Source: Iphione sp. A-MEVVRFRX5 (taxonomy: Eukaryota). From it: a DNA stretch of 64,000 bases. The stretch's first letter is position 1. Each line of letters opens with the position of its first letter. The notes below the pieces were generated by a model. That model was not told the origin of the DNA and ran no database searches. It worked only from the letters and a program-made list of their open reading frames with translations. This document shows positions 22,645 to 33,001 of the stretch, in pieces. Where the stretch lies: the NCBI GenBank assembly GCA_976226885.1, contig OZ320315.1:115940001-116004000 (forward strand), given 5' to 3'. The translations under genes were made by a program, and so were the position numbers.

Positions 22645-23950
22645 GTTTTAAGTCTTTAATTGCTGTGGGATGTTGTAGTAGCAGAAAGACTTAATGTGGG
22701 ATCGATCATAAATGAAGAATCACACTTGGGTAGGTTTGCACCTTTTTTATTGAGAACTATGCACAAGGGGCATGAGTCCTCAACCTGGCAGTATGTTTTG
22801 GGGCAATAAATCCCTTCAGGTTACTGTTGTCTGGGACCTCTGGGCTCCAGAATATTCATCCTTAATAAAAAAACTGTGGTTGACTAATAAAATTAATTGT
22901 GCAGCTTACTGAGTTGGAGTTTTATCCTTTTCTGAACCTGGGTTGGTCCTAACTGATGTAGAAGTGACTTGGATGGCTCAAGGTCCCTCTGGTGGTGGTC
23001 TGCAGTTGTCTGTTCCCAGATCAGATTTGCCTGAGTGGGCCAGATGTGTCTGCTTTTAAAGGGCCTGGGCTCTATGATAATGAGGGAGGGGGAGAGGAAA
23101 AGCAATCAGACCTTCTGACAAAGGTAGACCTTTTGTCAAAGGTACCTTTCCCCAAAGGTAGCTAAAGGTATGAGAGAACCCTTTACCAAAGGTATAGGGG
23201 TGGGAACCTTTTGCAAAAGGTATGAGAGAACCTTTTGCCAAAGGTATAAGGGAACCTTTTATCAAAGGTGTAGGGGTGGGGACCTTTTGCAATAGGTATA
23301 AGAGAACCCTCTACCAAAGGTATGGGGTGGGAACCTTTTGCAAAAGGTATGAGAGAACCTTTTGCCAAAGGTATAAGGGAACCTTTTGTCAAAGGTGTAG
23401 GGGTGGGAACCTTTTGCAAAAGGTATGAGAGAACCTTTTGCCAAAGTTATAGGGGTGGGAACCTTTTGCAAAAGGTATGAGGGAACCCTTTGCCAAAGGT
23501 ATAAGGGAACCTTTTGTCAAAGGTGTAGGGATGGGGACCTTTTGCTAAAGGTATGGGAAAACCTTTTGCCAAAGGTATAGGGGTGGAAACCTTTTGCCAA
23601 AGGTATGAGGGAACCTTTTGTCAAAGGTGTAGGGGTGGTGACCTTTTGCAAAAGGTATGAGAGAACCTTTTGCTAAAGGTATAGGAGGACCTTTTGCTAA
23701 AGGTATGGGGGACCATTTGGCAAAGGTATGAGGGAACCTTTTGCCAAAGGTATGAGGGAACCTTTTGCCAAAGGTATGAGGGAACCTTTTGCCAAAGGTA
23801 TGAGGGAACCTTTTGCCAAAGGTATGAGGGATCGGGGGGGGGGGACCTTCTGACAAAGGTGCAAGGGAGACCTTTCTGCAAAGGTACGGATTATGATTGA
23901 GGCTGGATTTCTCTGATGGGGAGAAGTTTTGAAGAGTTGATAACTTAACA
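22645..23950 (-). mobile_element. 5' LTR of element E2 (1,306 bp)
   Basis: Same TGTTAAGTTATCAA start and CTTAAAAC end as E1; R/U5 aligns with 13431..13870. Confidence 0.75.
23107..23886. repeat. Array of about 30 imperfect 16 bp palindromes (ACCTTTTGCAAAAGGT) in LTR U3
   Basis: Hand count; 8-12 bp recurring purine-rich spacers, 24/28 bp units. Confidence 0.9.
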
Positions 23951-25722
23951 CCTCTCTTGGACAGTTGTTTAGCAATGTGCTGGTCATACGCCTGCTTAGT
24001 TTCATTACAATTTGGATGATGGCCTGAGAGGCAGATACTGGCCACTCATGTCCTTTCTAGGTTATTGTAAAAGGATGGGTGAGCTTGCATATGATCATCC
24101 ATGTGATAACCTGGCTTGTATGTTGGAAGCCGAGGGGTCTCAGCATGGGCACCAGATATGAGTCCCCCTAGATGTGTGGGGGTGAGGATATTTCCTAACT
24201 GGTAGCTGGGGTTCTTCATCTGAGGAGGAGTCTAAAGAAGTGGAAAACATCAAAACAGGTGCCACCAGTGGGCAGCGTGAGGAAACAGATTGAGCTAGTG
24301 AGGTGGGAGGGGATGTAGGCCTAGCTGGAGAGGTGCATGGGGGCCCTCCTGGAGAGGAGCCCATGGAGAAGCCCCACGGGGATGGACAGGGTGGAGGAGT
24401 GGTGTCGCAGCTGATCCTCTTATGCCCTAAAGAGGGTTAGTGGAGGAGTAGAAGGTAATGGGGTCTTTGGAAACTAGGGAAGGAGCCATTGACTGCAGTC
24501 CAGGCATCATCACTGTTGTAGTCTGGATGAGCTCTGACTCCAGGAGCTCCTCAAGGGCAAGGCTGAATGGATCCATGGACTGTGCTGTGGGAGAGGCAGA
24601 GGGGTCTAGGACAGAGACTGAAGTGGGGGGATGGGCTGATGAGGTGCTGCGCTCAATGTGTGGCACTGGGGCAGGTACCAGCAGGGTTGAAAATGTAATG
24701 TCTGTGTCTGTCAGACACAAAATTGGCATTGCAAGGTCCGGCATCATAAGTGTTAAAGTGTTCATTTACCAATCATCCTCCTCATCTCCACATGGTTCAT
24801 ATTGGATTGGAGGGTAAAGTCCTGCTGTGAGGAGATTCTTTTGAGCCTTGTATGCGTAAATGTTTGTGTAACTGGTGATAGTGTTGATGGCTGCTTTCCT
24901 TACATGATTATTAGAGGTGGAGAGGCGAGAGTTCTGTCACAATTCTCTGAGGCCCATCACAACCAGTGTATCCCAGGAGGATAAGTAGTGTTGGGGCATA
25001 GTAGGTTCAATCCCTATGCGTAGGTATGTTGTCAACACTTTTGCAACACACAGTTGTACAAAGGGGGAGTCCAGATTGAAGAAGGTGTATTTCCACCTTT
25101 TTCCTTCATGTGCCATCAGGGTATATGAAAGATGCTCAAGCAGATGGTGACGTTGCTTTGGAGAGATGTCTGGGTGATGGAGACCAGAATCCTTGTGGAA
25201 GAAGGCAAAGATGAGGGATGGGTTACAGTCGATGAGGGTTGGCTGACCCGCTTGAAGAATGTGTTTCCCAGCATGTCATTCTTGTGTGGCCGTCCTGCAT
25301 TGTCCGGTGGTTGGATCTTTTGAGAGATCTTTGTTTCAATGGCATATATCATTAGTATAGGTGATGTACTAATCACAGTAACCTCACAATTAAATTGTAG
25401 TCTACTTTTGTTTGATGAATAAAGTCTTCCTTTAGTAGAGTGATTAATATAAATATAATACAGGTTCATATTATGTCTATCATTGGAGAGACCTGATTGT
25501 CAAAACACTAGATGTGTACTCAGGCAGGAAATAAGCAACCAAGCTATCTTATAAGGCCTTTAGGCTGCAATTGTTGGGCTACTTTGATGTCCCATCCATT
25601 GTACCTAATTTTATTAGGGGTGAGGCTAATGTGATGAAGAGATGATAGAGGTCGCTAATCTCCTCACCTCCTCAGTGGTAGCAGGGCTCTCTCATGTGAT
25701 CAGCTCCAGCTCCCCACAAATT
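23951..25722 (-). pseudogene. Older accessory block fragments (X, V, start of Y) interrupted by LTR E2
   Basis: 24820..25722 aligns with 15760..16562; V motif at 24427..24765; AYDQHIAKQLSKRG stops at the LTR start. Confidence 0.6.
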
Positions 25723-26099
25723 TCACATATAGATGTGAAGCTTGAGTCAAGGTAGCTAAAGGTAGGTAGTTAGTCGGTGATGTTTTGTGAGAAATAATGA
25801 ACAGGTGACAACGATGGTGATGTGTGTCCAAACTCCGAGAAAATCTAGTTGCACTATGAAGATGGGCATGAAGTGAGATGTTGTGCAGATAGTTGTTGAT
25901 GGATGTGAGAAGGAGATTAAAGTATTTACATATGGGTTATAGGTAGTGTTTTGGTACATCATACCAACTGATTATTGCACGATACCTGGAGCAACTCATT
26001 TGGAATCACTGATCACACATTGTCAGATTTACTACTCAGAGATGGATTGATGGAGGGAATGCCATTGCCAGATTGACCAATTTTGTACCGTCTCACTTA

Positions 26100-26290
26100 T
26101 GATTTTACCAAATTATGGGACTCTCCAGTTTTTCTTCAGCAAGCATTTGAACAAGTATCTCTTAAGTTGCACTTTGATAACTTCAAGTTTTGTGTTGGGG
26201 GTGCTGATGACTAGCTTCCTTATTGCATTCGGGATTGTATTCCACACCTTTGTACTGTTATAAGCCAGTGAATGTTTATAGACTAGACTA
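26100..26290 (-). mobile_element. LINE 3' fragment abutting the Polinton polymerase
   Basis: SLAYNSTKVWNTIPNAIR...LKRYL, typical ORF2 C-terminal tail. Confidence 0.5.
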
Positions 26291-28520
26291 GACTCCTGTT
26301 TCAGTTTGAGGAATGTGTTGATATATTCCGTGAATAAACTCTCTTTTTCATCAAGGCCATCAGCTGGTGCCTGGTACTGCTTAGACTCCTCAAAATGGTA
26401 CACCTCATAGATCTTGAGGATCTGGTACTCTTTCTTGACTGCCATCTGTATTTCTGGTGTACACCATGTAGCAGTCAGTGCTCTATCCTGGTCATTACAC
26501 TGGCAACCTGCTTGCCGTTCCTCAGCTGCACATGACCAACAGAGGGGAAATTTCAGCTTTCCACCCAAACATACTGGGAGGACAGGGTGATAGAGGCCAT
26601 GTGGTGCATGAATGTTTACTTTGGCTAGTCCAAAGTACTCGGTGATATCACTAAATTGATCTGTGATTATTTTTTGGACTGGAGAAATCCACGTAATGGA
26701 TTTTTTCTCCATCTGCAGCTTCATAGTGCAACTGAGAAGCATTAGTCCTCCTGCCAAAGAATGATTCCCTGGGATCCAGTCAGCTAATAAGATCTAATCC
26801 ATCGATATAATCCTTCATACCTCCTTCATTGTTGGCTAGTTGGTGGTCCTTGAATTCACATACCCATATGGATATATAGTTGTAACCTTTGAGTCTGAGA
26901 CATGTTTCTTTCTTTTTGGTCAACACATACAGCTCATTTATGGACTGCTGTGTATATGGATGTTTCATAGACTCACAATCAGTTGGGTAGCATTTCTGAC
27001 ATCCATGAAAAAGGCATCTATGAAATTCATAGGCTGGTTTTGTTCCTTCATGGAAACCAACTTTGTTCCCAGTACCTTGTGTTCTCCTCTACCATTCAGA
27101 GCATGTTGATTTCCTGACCTGTTGTATAGCTCAACCATTCCAACCACTGTATGGAGCTGATGCTAGAGTGATCTTTAGCCACATATCCGTGTGTTGGTAC
27201 TTGAGCAAGGGGAGATTTGACAAACTCTTAAGACATGACAATCCAGTTTTCATTCAAGCTTTTCTTGTCAATCCACACATTGGTTTCAATTTCATAAGTG
27301 CACGTCCCATTTTTTACATTGGCTTTTATCAAGTGATCATCTTATGTGGCTTTGTGGCTGATCTTTACTCTGTCATCCTCTGGATTATATTTTGTCTTGA
27401 AAATTACCATGCAAACACTGGCAATGGTTGTATGCTCCATCTATCCATTTGAGGATTATTTTCAGTGCCATTTCCAGTGCCTTCCCCTTTGTCCTCTGTA
27501 CATCCTAACACCAAGTTATGGAACTGCATGCAGGCCTCTTGAAGAATAGTTACATCTGACTGGCAATATTCCTTGATTTTGTTTTGGAAGTTCAAAGTGG
27601 ACATAGCATTATTTGCATGCCACTTTAGGAACTGCTCACATTCCTTTGAACTCATGAACTTGACACCATAATCATCTGGATTTCGAAGGGGTTAAACATA
27701 ATCTTGGTTGTTTTTCCTGTTGAAAAAATGAGGGAACCATCACTTCTTCAACTCTGTCAGCGCAAATGCTTTTCGAAGATCGGCTAGCCACATATGGAAA
27801 AGTCAATCACCCGAATATCCAGACCTTTACCCACAGTCAGTTACATGATAGATGATGTTGTTTGGAGTAATGGACTGATTGACCAAGTAGTCAACCAAAA
27901 AGTATCCATCATAGCCACACATGTTGTGGGCAAATATGACAGATTGATTGTAATCCTCACTAAAAAGGAAAGATTCCAGATTCTTACCTGTAGTCTGACC
28001 TTCAAAGATTGACTCTCGATGTCCACAATTTGTGCATGGTGGATTTCTGTAATGACCATCTCTGTTCTTAGCCCTACAAAGACTGCATCTTTTACCACAG
28101 TTACCACATTTGTCTTCCTATGGAAGATGTTGACACAACATTACACACAGACTGAATGACAGCAAAGGTTGGGGTGTGCTGAAAAGAGCCACATGTTGAA
28201 TCATATATGTCATCCTGACAGCACTCAAAGTCCAAGAACACATACTTGAATGTTGAAGTGTCTTCAGTTGCCATTGCATTCTGGTAACAGTAATGCTCAC
28301 CCATAACAGTTGTTTTACATGCTGTACACAAACCATTTACCACATTCATGTTCTTTCGGATCTCTGTCAGCTCTCTTGAGCACCTTCTTGAATGTAGGTC
28401 CTTTCCACCAGTCATCACATTCAGATGACATGTATCCTTTGATCCTGTGATGATTATGACGATGTTTTCTTCTCTTGTGTCTGTCATAACACTCAGCACC
28501 ACGCCCCTACCTAATAGCAA
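26290..28520 (-). pseudogene. Polinton/Maverick (adintovirus)-type protein-primed DNA polymerase B, fragmented
   Basis: YVFLDFEC (ExoI-like), EYCQSDVTILQEAC (ExoIII), KGYNYISIWVCE, YFGLAK...LYHPVLP...GKLKFPLCWSC...TWCTPE...YINTFLKLKQES. Confidence 0.85.
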
Positions 28521-29279
28521 CAAAATGCTACAGATTACAGACTACAGATTGTTTATTCACTTCTCGTAAAGACAACATGTTAAGGAAAAGAAAAAAAATG
28601 AAGAAAACTTACCTTAAAGGTTGGATGACTGTTGTAGGATGATCACCTGTACAAGTTGAAAGGTTGCACAGGTGTTTTCTGCTCTGCAACATTCATGGTG
28701 GCTCTCTGGATGAAGAATGACTGTCTCTATGGGTGAGGTTTTATAGGTTCTGGGGGTAAAATTCTGCCTTAATCCTCCAATAAGTCTTATTCTTTAATCT
28801 CACTCTTCCCACACATTCCTTTTTGGGGTTTGTTTACTAGAATAACAGTGTCAGGACGTTTCTCACACATCACCCCTTTGTTAAGACAGTCTCTGGTAGG
28901 TTAAATAATGTTATATTTTCTCTGTAACGTTCTTGAAGTAGCTCCGTCATTGCACCGACTCTTGAGATATAACCACAGAGATATAAATTATGATTTGTTT
29001 CACAGAGATTACTTTGTAGTTCTATGTTATTCTACAGATGCACAGACAGATTCAAATAAAACGTTTTCTAGAAACACCTTGATTCTTATACTTCTGTAAA
29101 GTAGGAGACTGTTCTCTCCTAATTTAATGAGTAATGTATACCTTTTTATTCTACATTCATTAATGTGAACCTATCATCACATTGTTGCCCAGCTCCTTAC
29201 AATCTACATTACATCTAGTATTCCATACTCTTCTACTTTTTTTCAATGTGAACCTATTGTCTCATTGTTGGCTAGTGCC

Positions 29280-29400
29280 TCACATTTACATTTCATCAAG
29301 TATTCCATACTTTTACATTTCATCAAGTATTCCATACTTTTACATTTCATCAAGTATTCCATACAATTTATATTTCATCAAGTATTCCAAGTATTCCATA
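29280..29400. repeat. 27 bp tandem repeat, about 4 copies
   Basis: TTACATTTCATCAAGTATTCCATACTT units. Confidence 0.85.
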
Positions 29401-30021
29401 TATTCACAGAATTCAAACTCATGGATCACATTCTCAAAGTAATCAACATCTTTGAGGAATTCTGTTGCCTGCTCATAGCTCATACTGAGTGGCCATGGTT
29501 TCAGAAGCTTGCATGAGACGACCTGCAGACACTCTGTAGTGACTAGCCAAACCATGACAGTAGATTTGGTTCAGCTTATTGTCGGTGCAGCCACCCTCAA
29601 TGTGTTCCAGCTGTGACCCTTTGTCATGTATACAGCCAAAACAATGAGTCTTCACTCTCTTCTTCAGTTCTAGGCATGCTGGGTACCTGTAGCATCACCT
29701 CTTTGTCAATTGGCATTGCCACTGGCTTTGAACTGATCACCAGTTTCAGCTCAGTAGATCTGGTCAAATCCTGCTCTGGAATGTTTCTAATACCGTCAAG
29801 CTCACAGTTTTCCTTCTTGAGGAAAAAGGTCTGTCCCTTTGCCTCACACACACACCTTCTTCCGTCACATATGACCAAAAGTACACCTCCATTTCTCTCC
29901 TGGGTCTCTTCTTTGGGGGGGGGTCTCCTCCTTTTCCCTCATCTGAAGACAAGTTGAACAGTGCCCCCGGCTTGTCAGTGCTAAGGTTGATGAAGACACA
30001 TTTCCTGGAAAAAACAACCAC
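29340..30021 (-). pseudogene. Possible Polinton accessory ORF remnant
   Basis: CFGCIHDKGSQLEHIEGGC motif (29473..29655) and PPPKKRPRR, upstream of the polB remnant on the same strand. Confidence 0.4.
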
Positions 30022-30429
30022 AGGTTAAAGTACATTCAACTTCAACCTCGTGTTCATCATTCTCCACAGGACACTACTTTATTTTTATCAGGTATATCTC
30101 CATATCTCCAGTTCTATACATATTTTCCTTAGACATCGTCAGACATCACTACTATGCACAAAAAACTAGATTCTGTACTTTAAGATATCTGGCTATAAAA
30201 ATAAATCAGTACATTAAAGTTTGTGTCCTTACTGTTTGGTCCATTCTTTTTTGTGTAGCACATAGCAAAGGTACCTCTGTCCTTTAAAGGAAATCAGGTT
30301 CACCTTCTAACCTTCTTTTTCTAATACTGTTCTCTCACTGTCAGATGCAGTGGATGTAGTTCACATTTCATCTCTGAACTGGAAACTTTCATTAATAAAC
30401 AAATGGAGAATTTATTACATCAAAGTCAT

Positions 30430-31400
30430 CTTTCTCTAAGTTGAAAATATTCCTGGAGAGGGCCTCTTCCATGGCTTGTTGTGCCACTTGGTGGAGTCAG
30501 AGGGGTTCTGTATGATGGAGCTCTGCCTGTAGAGCCAGTGCACAGAGGTAATCCCAAATGGGTTCATTCCTTTCAAGGATATTGGGGGTAAAGGGAGTGT
30601 GCAAGTATTTGATGAGGAGGGTAAGTGTTCTCTTAGGTGTGCCAGAGTGGGTAAAGTTAAAAGAAATAGTCTTGAGCATTGGGTACTTTGTTCTGACACG
30701 AGGTAGTGATGAGTGGTCCAATGCTCAAGTGTCACACGGTGCAGTTTGTCTGACATTATGCTGCATGCTTGTTTCCATGGAGGATATTGCTGCAAAAGGA
30801 ATCAGGTGAGGATTCCCCATAGGGTGGGCATGGAGGTGGTGTGGTGGACTGATAGATATGTTTACACACTATAGGGGGATTTGCAAAGGAGTACCCAGCC
30901 CAGGAAGGTCCTGGAGTGAGTGAGGCAAGGGCTGAGTGCACAGCGGGGCTGGTCCTAGATTGGGAAGCTGAAGTCAGGACAAGTTCTTCCCCAGTGAGTT
31001 TGTCAAGAGCACTGAGAAAGGGGTCCCAGGATTGTTGATGGTTGGGTGGGCTGATGCTAGGGAGGGATAAAAGCCATGGGGGTGTTAGAGGGGTGATTAG
31101 AAGCAAAGTGGAACATATCCTCTGGCCTGGATGCAGGCACAGACAGCTGGTTGAAGTAAACATCTTGGTCCATGAGACAGAGCATCAGCAGGTCCACTGT
31201 AGAGGCAGTGGGTCCATAGACAGAGGTGGCTGTGGCAACCATTCAGGACTGTGGCACTTATGGCACTGTCCTCAAAAGGGGCGCTTCTTCGTGTACTCAT
31301 TTGCCTTATGCCTGGTGCTATTACATAAAAAGCCCTTACCTTGGAACCCTGATGAGGATGACATTTTGTCAACTTCCATGGGCATTTCAATCCTACCTCA
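30430..31400 (-). pseudogene. V and Y accessory gene remnants
   Basis: VDLLMLCLMDQDV, GYSFANPPIVCKH, IWDYLCALALQAELHH. Confidence 0.6.
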
Positions 31401-31899
31401 GAGGCTTATCTTTTACTAAGGGGAGCCTCCTGTGCTACTATTTCAATGGCTGTGGAGAAGGCTGTTGAGGACTTGCGCAGTAATTTGCAATTTGTGAGAT
31501 TTTCAATCATCAGTTGATCTAGGTCTTGGTCTGATCATCCCCAGCCTTATCTAGCACCCTGCAAACACAGTAGCACTCTCAATACTGCTTTGCTTCATAC
31601 ATTGCAGTGGTGTCAAAGCATGCCTTGCATTGACTCTGTCACCAAATCGGTTTGTCAGTTCTTTAATAGTGGCCCATTCAAGGTTCCTGCCCTTATTTTC
31701 ATGTAAAAACCTATGCAGAAAATCTGTAACCACACCTTACGGCCTTTGGGTGGCTAACGTTTTTGAGAAGCATTACCACCCATTGACATTGTACTCATCT
31801 ACCTTTCAAAACCGTCTCTGCGAGACGACATTGTGGATGAAATAAATGGTTTCTTATCTTATCTTACCCTGTATTGCCTGCACAGTTCTTTTGATGTCC

Positions 31900-32582
31900 T
31901 TTATCCACCTGTTAATCTGCTTTGGTGAAATTGTGTAACGCCTGACTCTGTAGTGAGTGGATAGGTAGGAATTGGTGCTCTGGTATATGTAGATCTGCAC
32001 TGGTCTGCTCAGTCCTCCAGAATGTCTCCCTGTGGCTAGGAGCTGGCTGCTTATATAGGCAGCTGCCTTCTGATTGGCCCAAACCCAGTCCATACTTTTC
32101 CTATATAGGGTGAGGGTCACCCTGACCCTCTGTAGCCAAAGCCTTAGTCCATACATTTTCTATATGAGGGTGAGGGTCACCCTGACCCTCCATGACCAAA
32201 GCCTTAGTCCATACATTTCCTATATGAGGGTGAGGGTCACCCTAACCCTCTATGACCAATTTCATTCTATAAATATTTCAACTTCTCAAATACACATAAC
32301 TACATACTTTTAAATTTGTTGATATGAATTTTGTCCAAAGTATAGCTATTACTGAGTTGATAGAAATTTTATCCAAAGTTTGTGATCCTTACAATTGTCT
32401 ATATAGAGAGGTAGGAACATCCAGTCTAACCTAACCCAATACTTCAAATACATTCTTTATAAATCAGACTTGTAGTCAAATGCTATTTCAATACTTAGAA
32501 TACATACCACTACACATGTATGGATCTATGGTTAGGAAACACATACCTTGTTTTATTAATTGAGGGATTTGATAACTTAACA
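31900..32582 (-). mobile_element. 3' LTR (U3 and part of R) of the env-bearing element; distal end not found
   Basis: TGTTAAGTTATCAA start next to a PPT-position motif downstream of env; CCAAT 32073..32077, TATA 32051..32057; R-like sequence resembles LTR E1. Confidence 0.6.
32088..32260. promoter_or_regulatory. 3 x 60 bp repeats each with a GGTCA-nnn-TGACC palindrome (ERE/IR3 consensus)
   Basis: Perfect at 32115..32127 and 32175..32187, one mismatch at 32235..32247; directly upstream of CCAAT and TATA. Confidence 0.6.
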
Positions 32583-32583
32583 A

Positions 32584-32597
32584 CCTCCCAAGCACTG
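32584..32597 (-). other. Plus-strand primer (PPT-position) motif CAGTGCTTGGGAGG
   Basis: 1 nt from the LTR start; identical 14-mers at 15168..15181 and 40512..40525. Confidence 0.5.
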
Positions 32598-33001
32598 TAG
32601 AAGCTGTGTTACAACTACACAGAAACTATGAATCAGATATACGCTGTCAAGTGGAGAGTGACCCAAAGACACAATAATCCAGGAATACAATATTGAAACT
32701 GATATAGGTGATAATCTTCATAATACAGGAATACAAGGTACAATCTCCAGAGTACAGTAATACAATATACACAATGAAATATGTTATACAATTCATCATA
32801 CATATTTTAACCATCAAAGGTACATCAAGATGTGGTGATGACTACTGATACATAATTTGCCCAAGATTTGTCTTGTATCAGTCAGCATACCAGTTCAACA
32901 GTATATACCGCTATAAACATAACTAGTCAAACTCTCAAACCAAGTCAGGTGCAGATAAAGATTCCTGAAGTCTCATGTTAGACCCCACATAGCAAAGATA
33001 T

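Noticed and set aside
23107-23886. CRISPR-like palindromic repeat-spacer array
   Set aside because: Spacers are 8-12 bp and recur, there are no cas genes, the context is eukaryotic, and the array lies inside an LTR.
13431-23950. LTRs E1 and E2 as the paired LTRs of one provirus
   Set aside because: Their U3 arrays differ substantially, both are followed by a PBS, and neither is preceded by the PPT-position motif.
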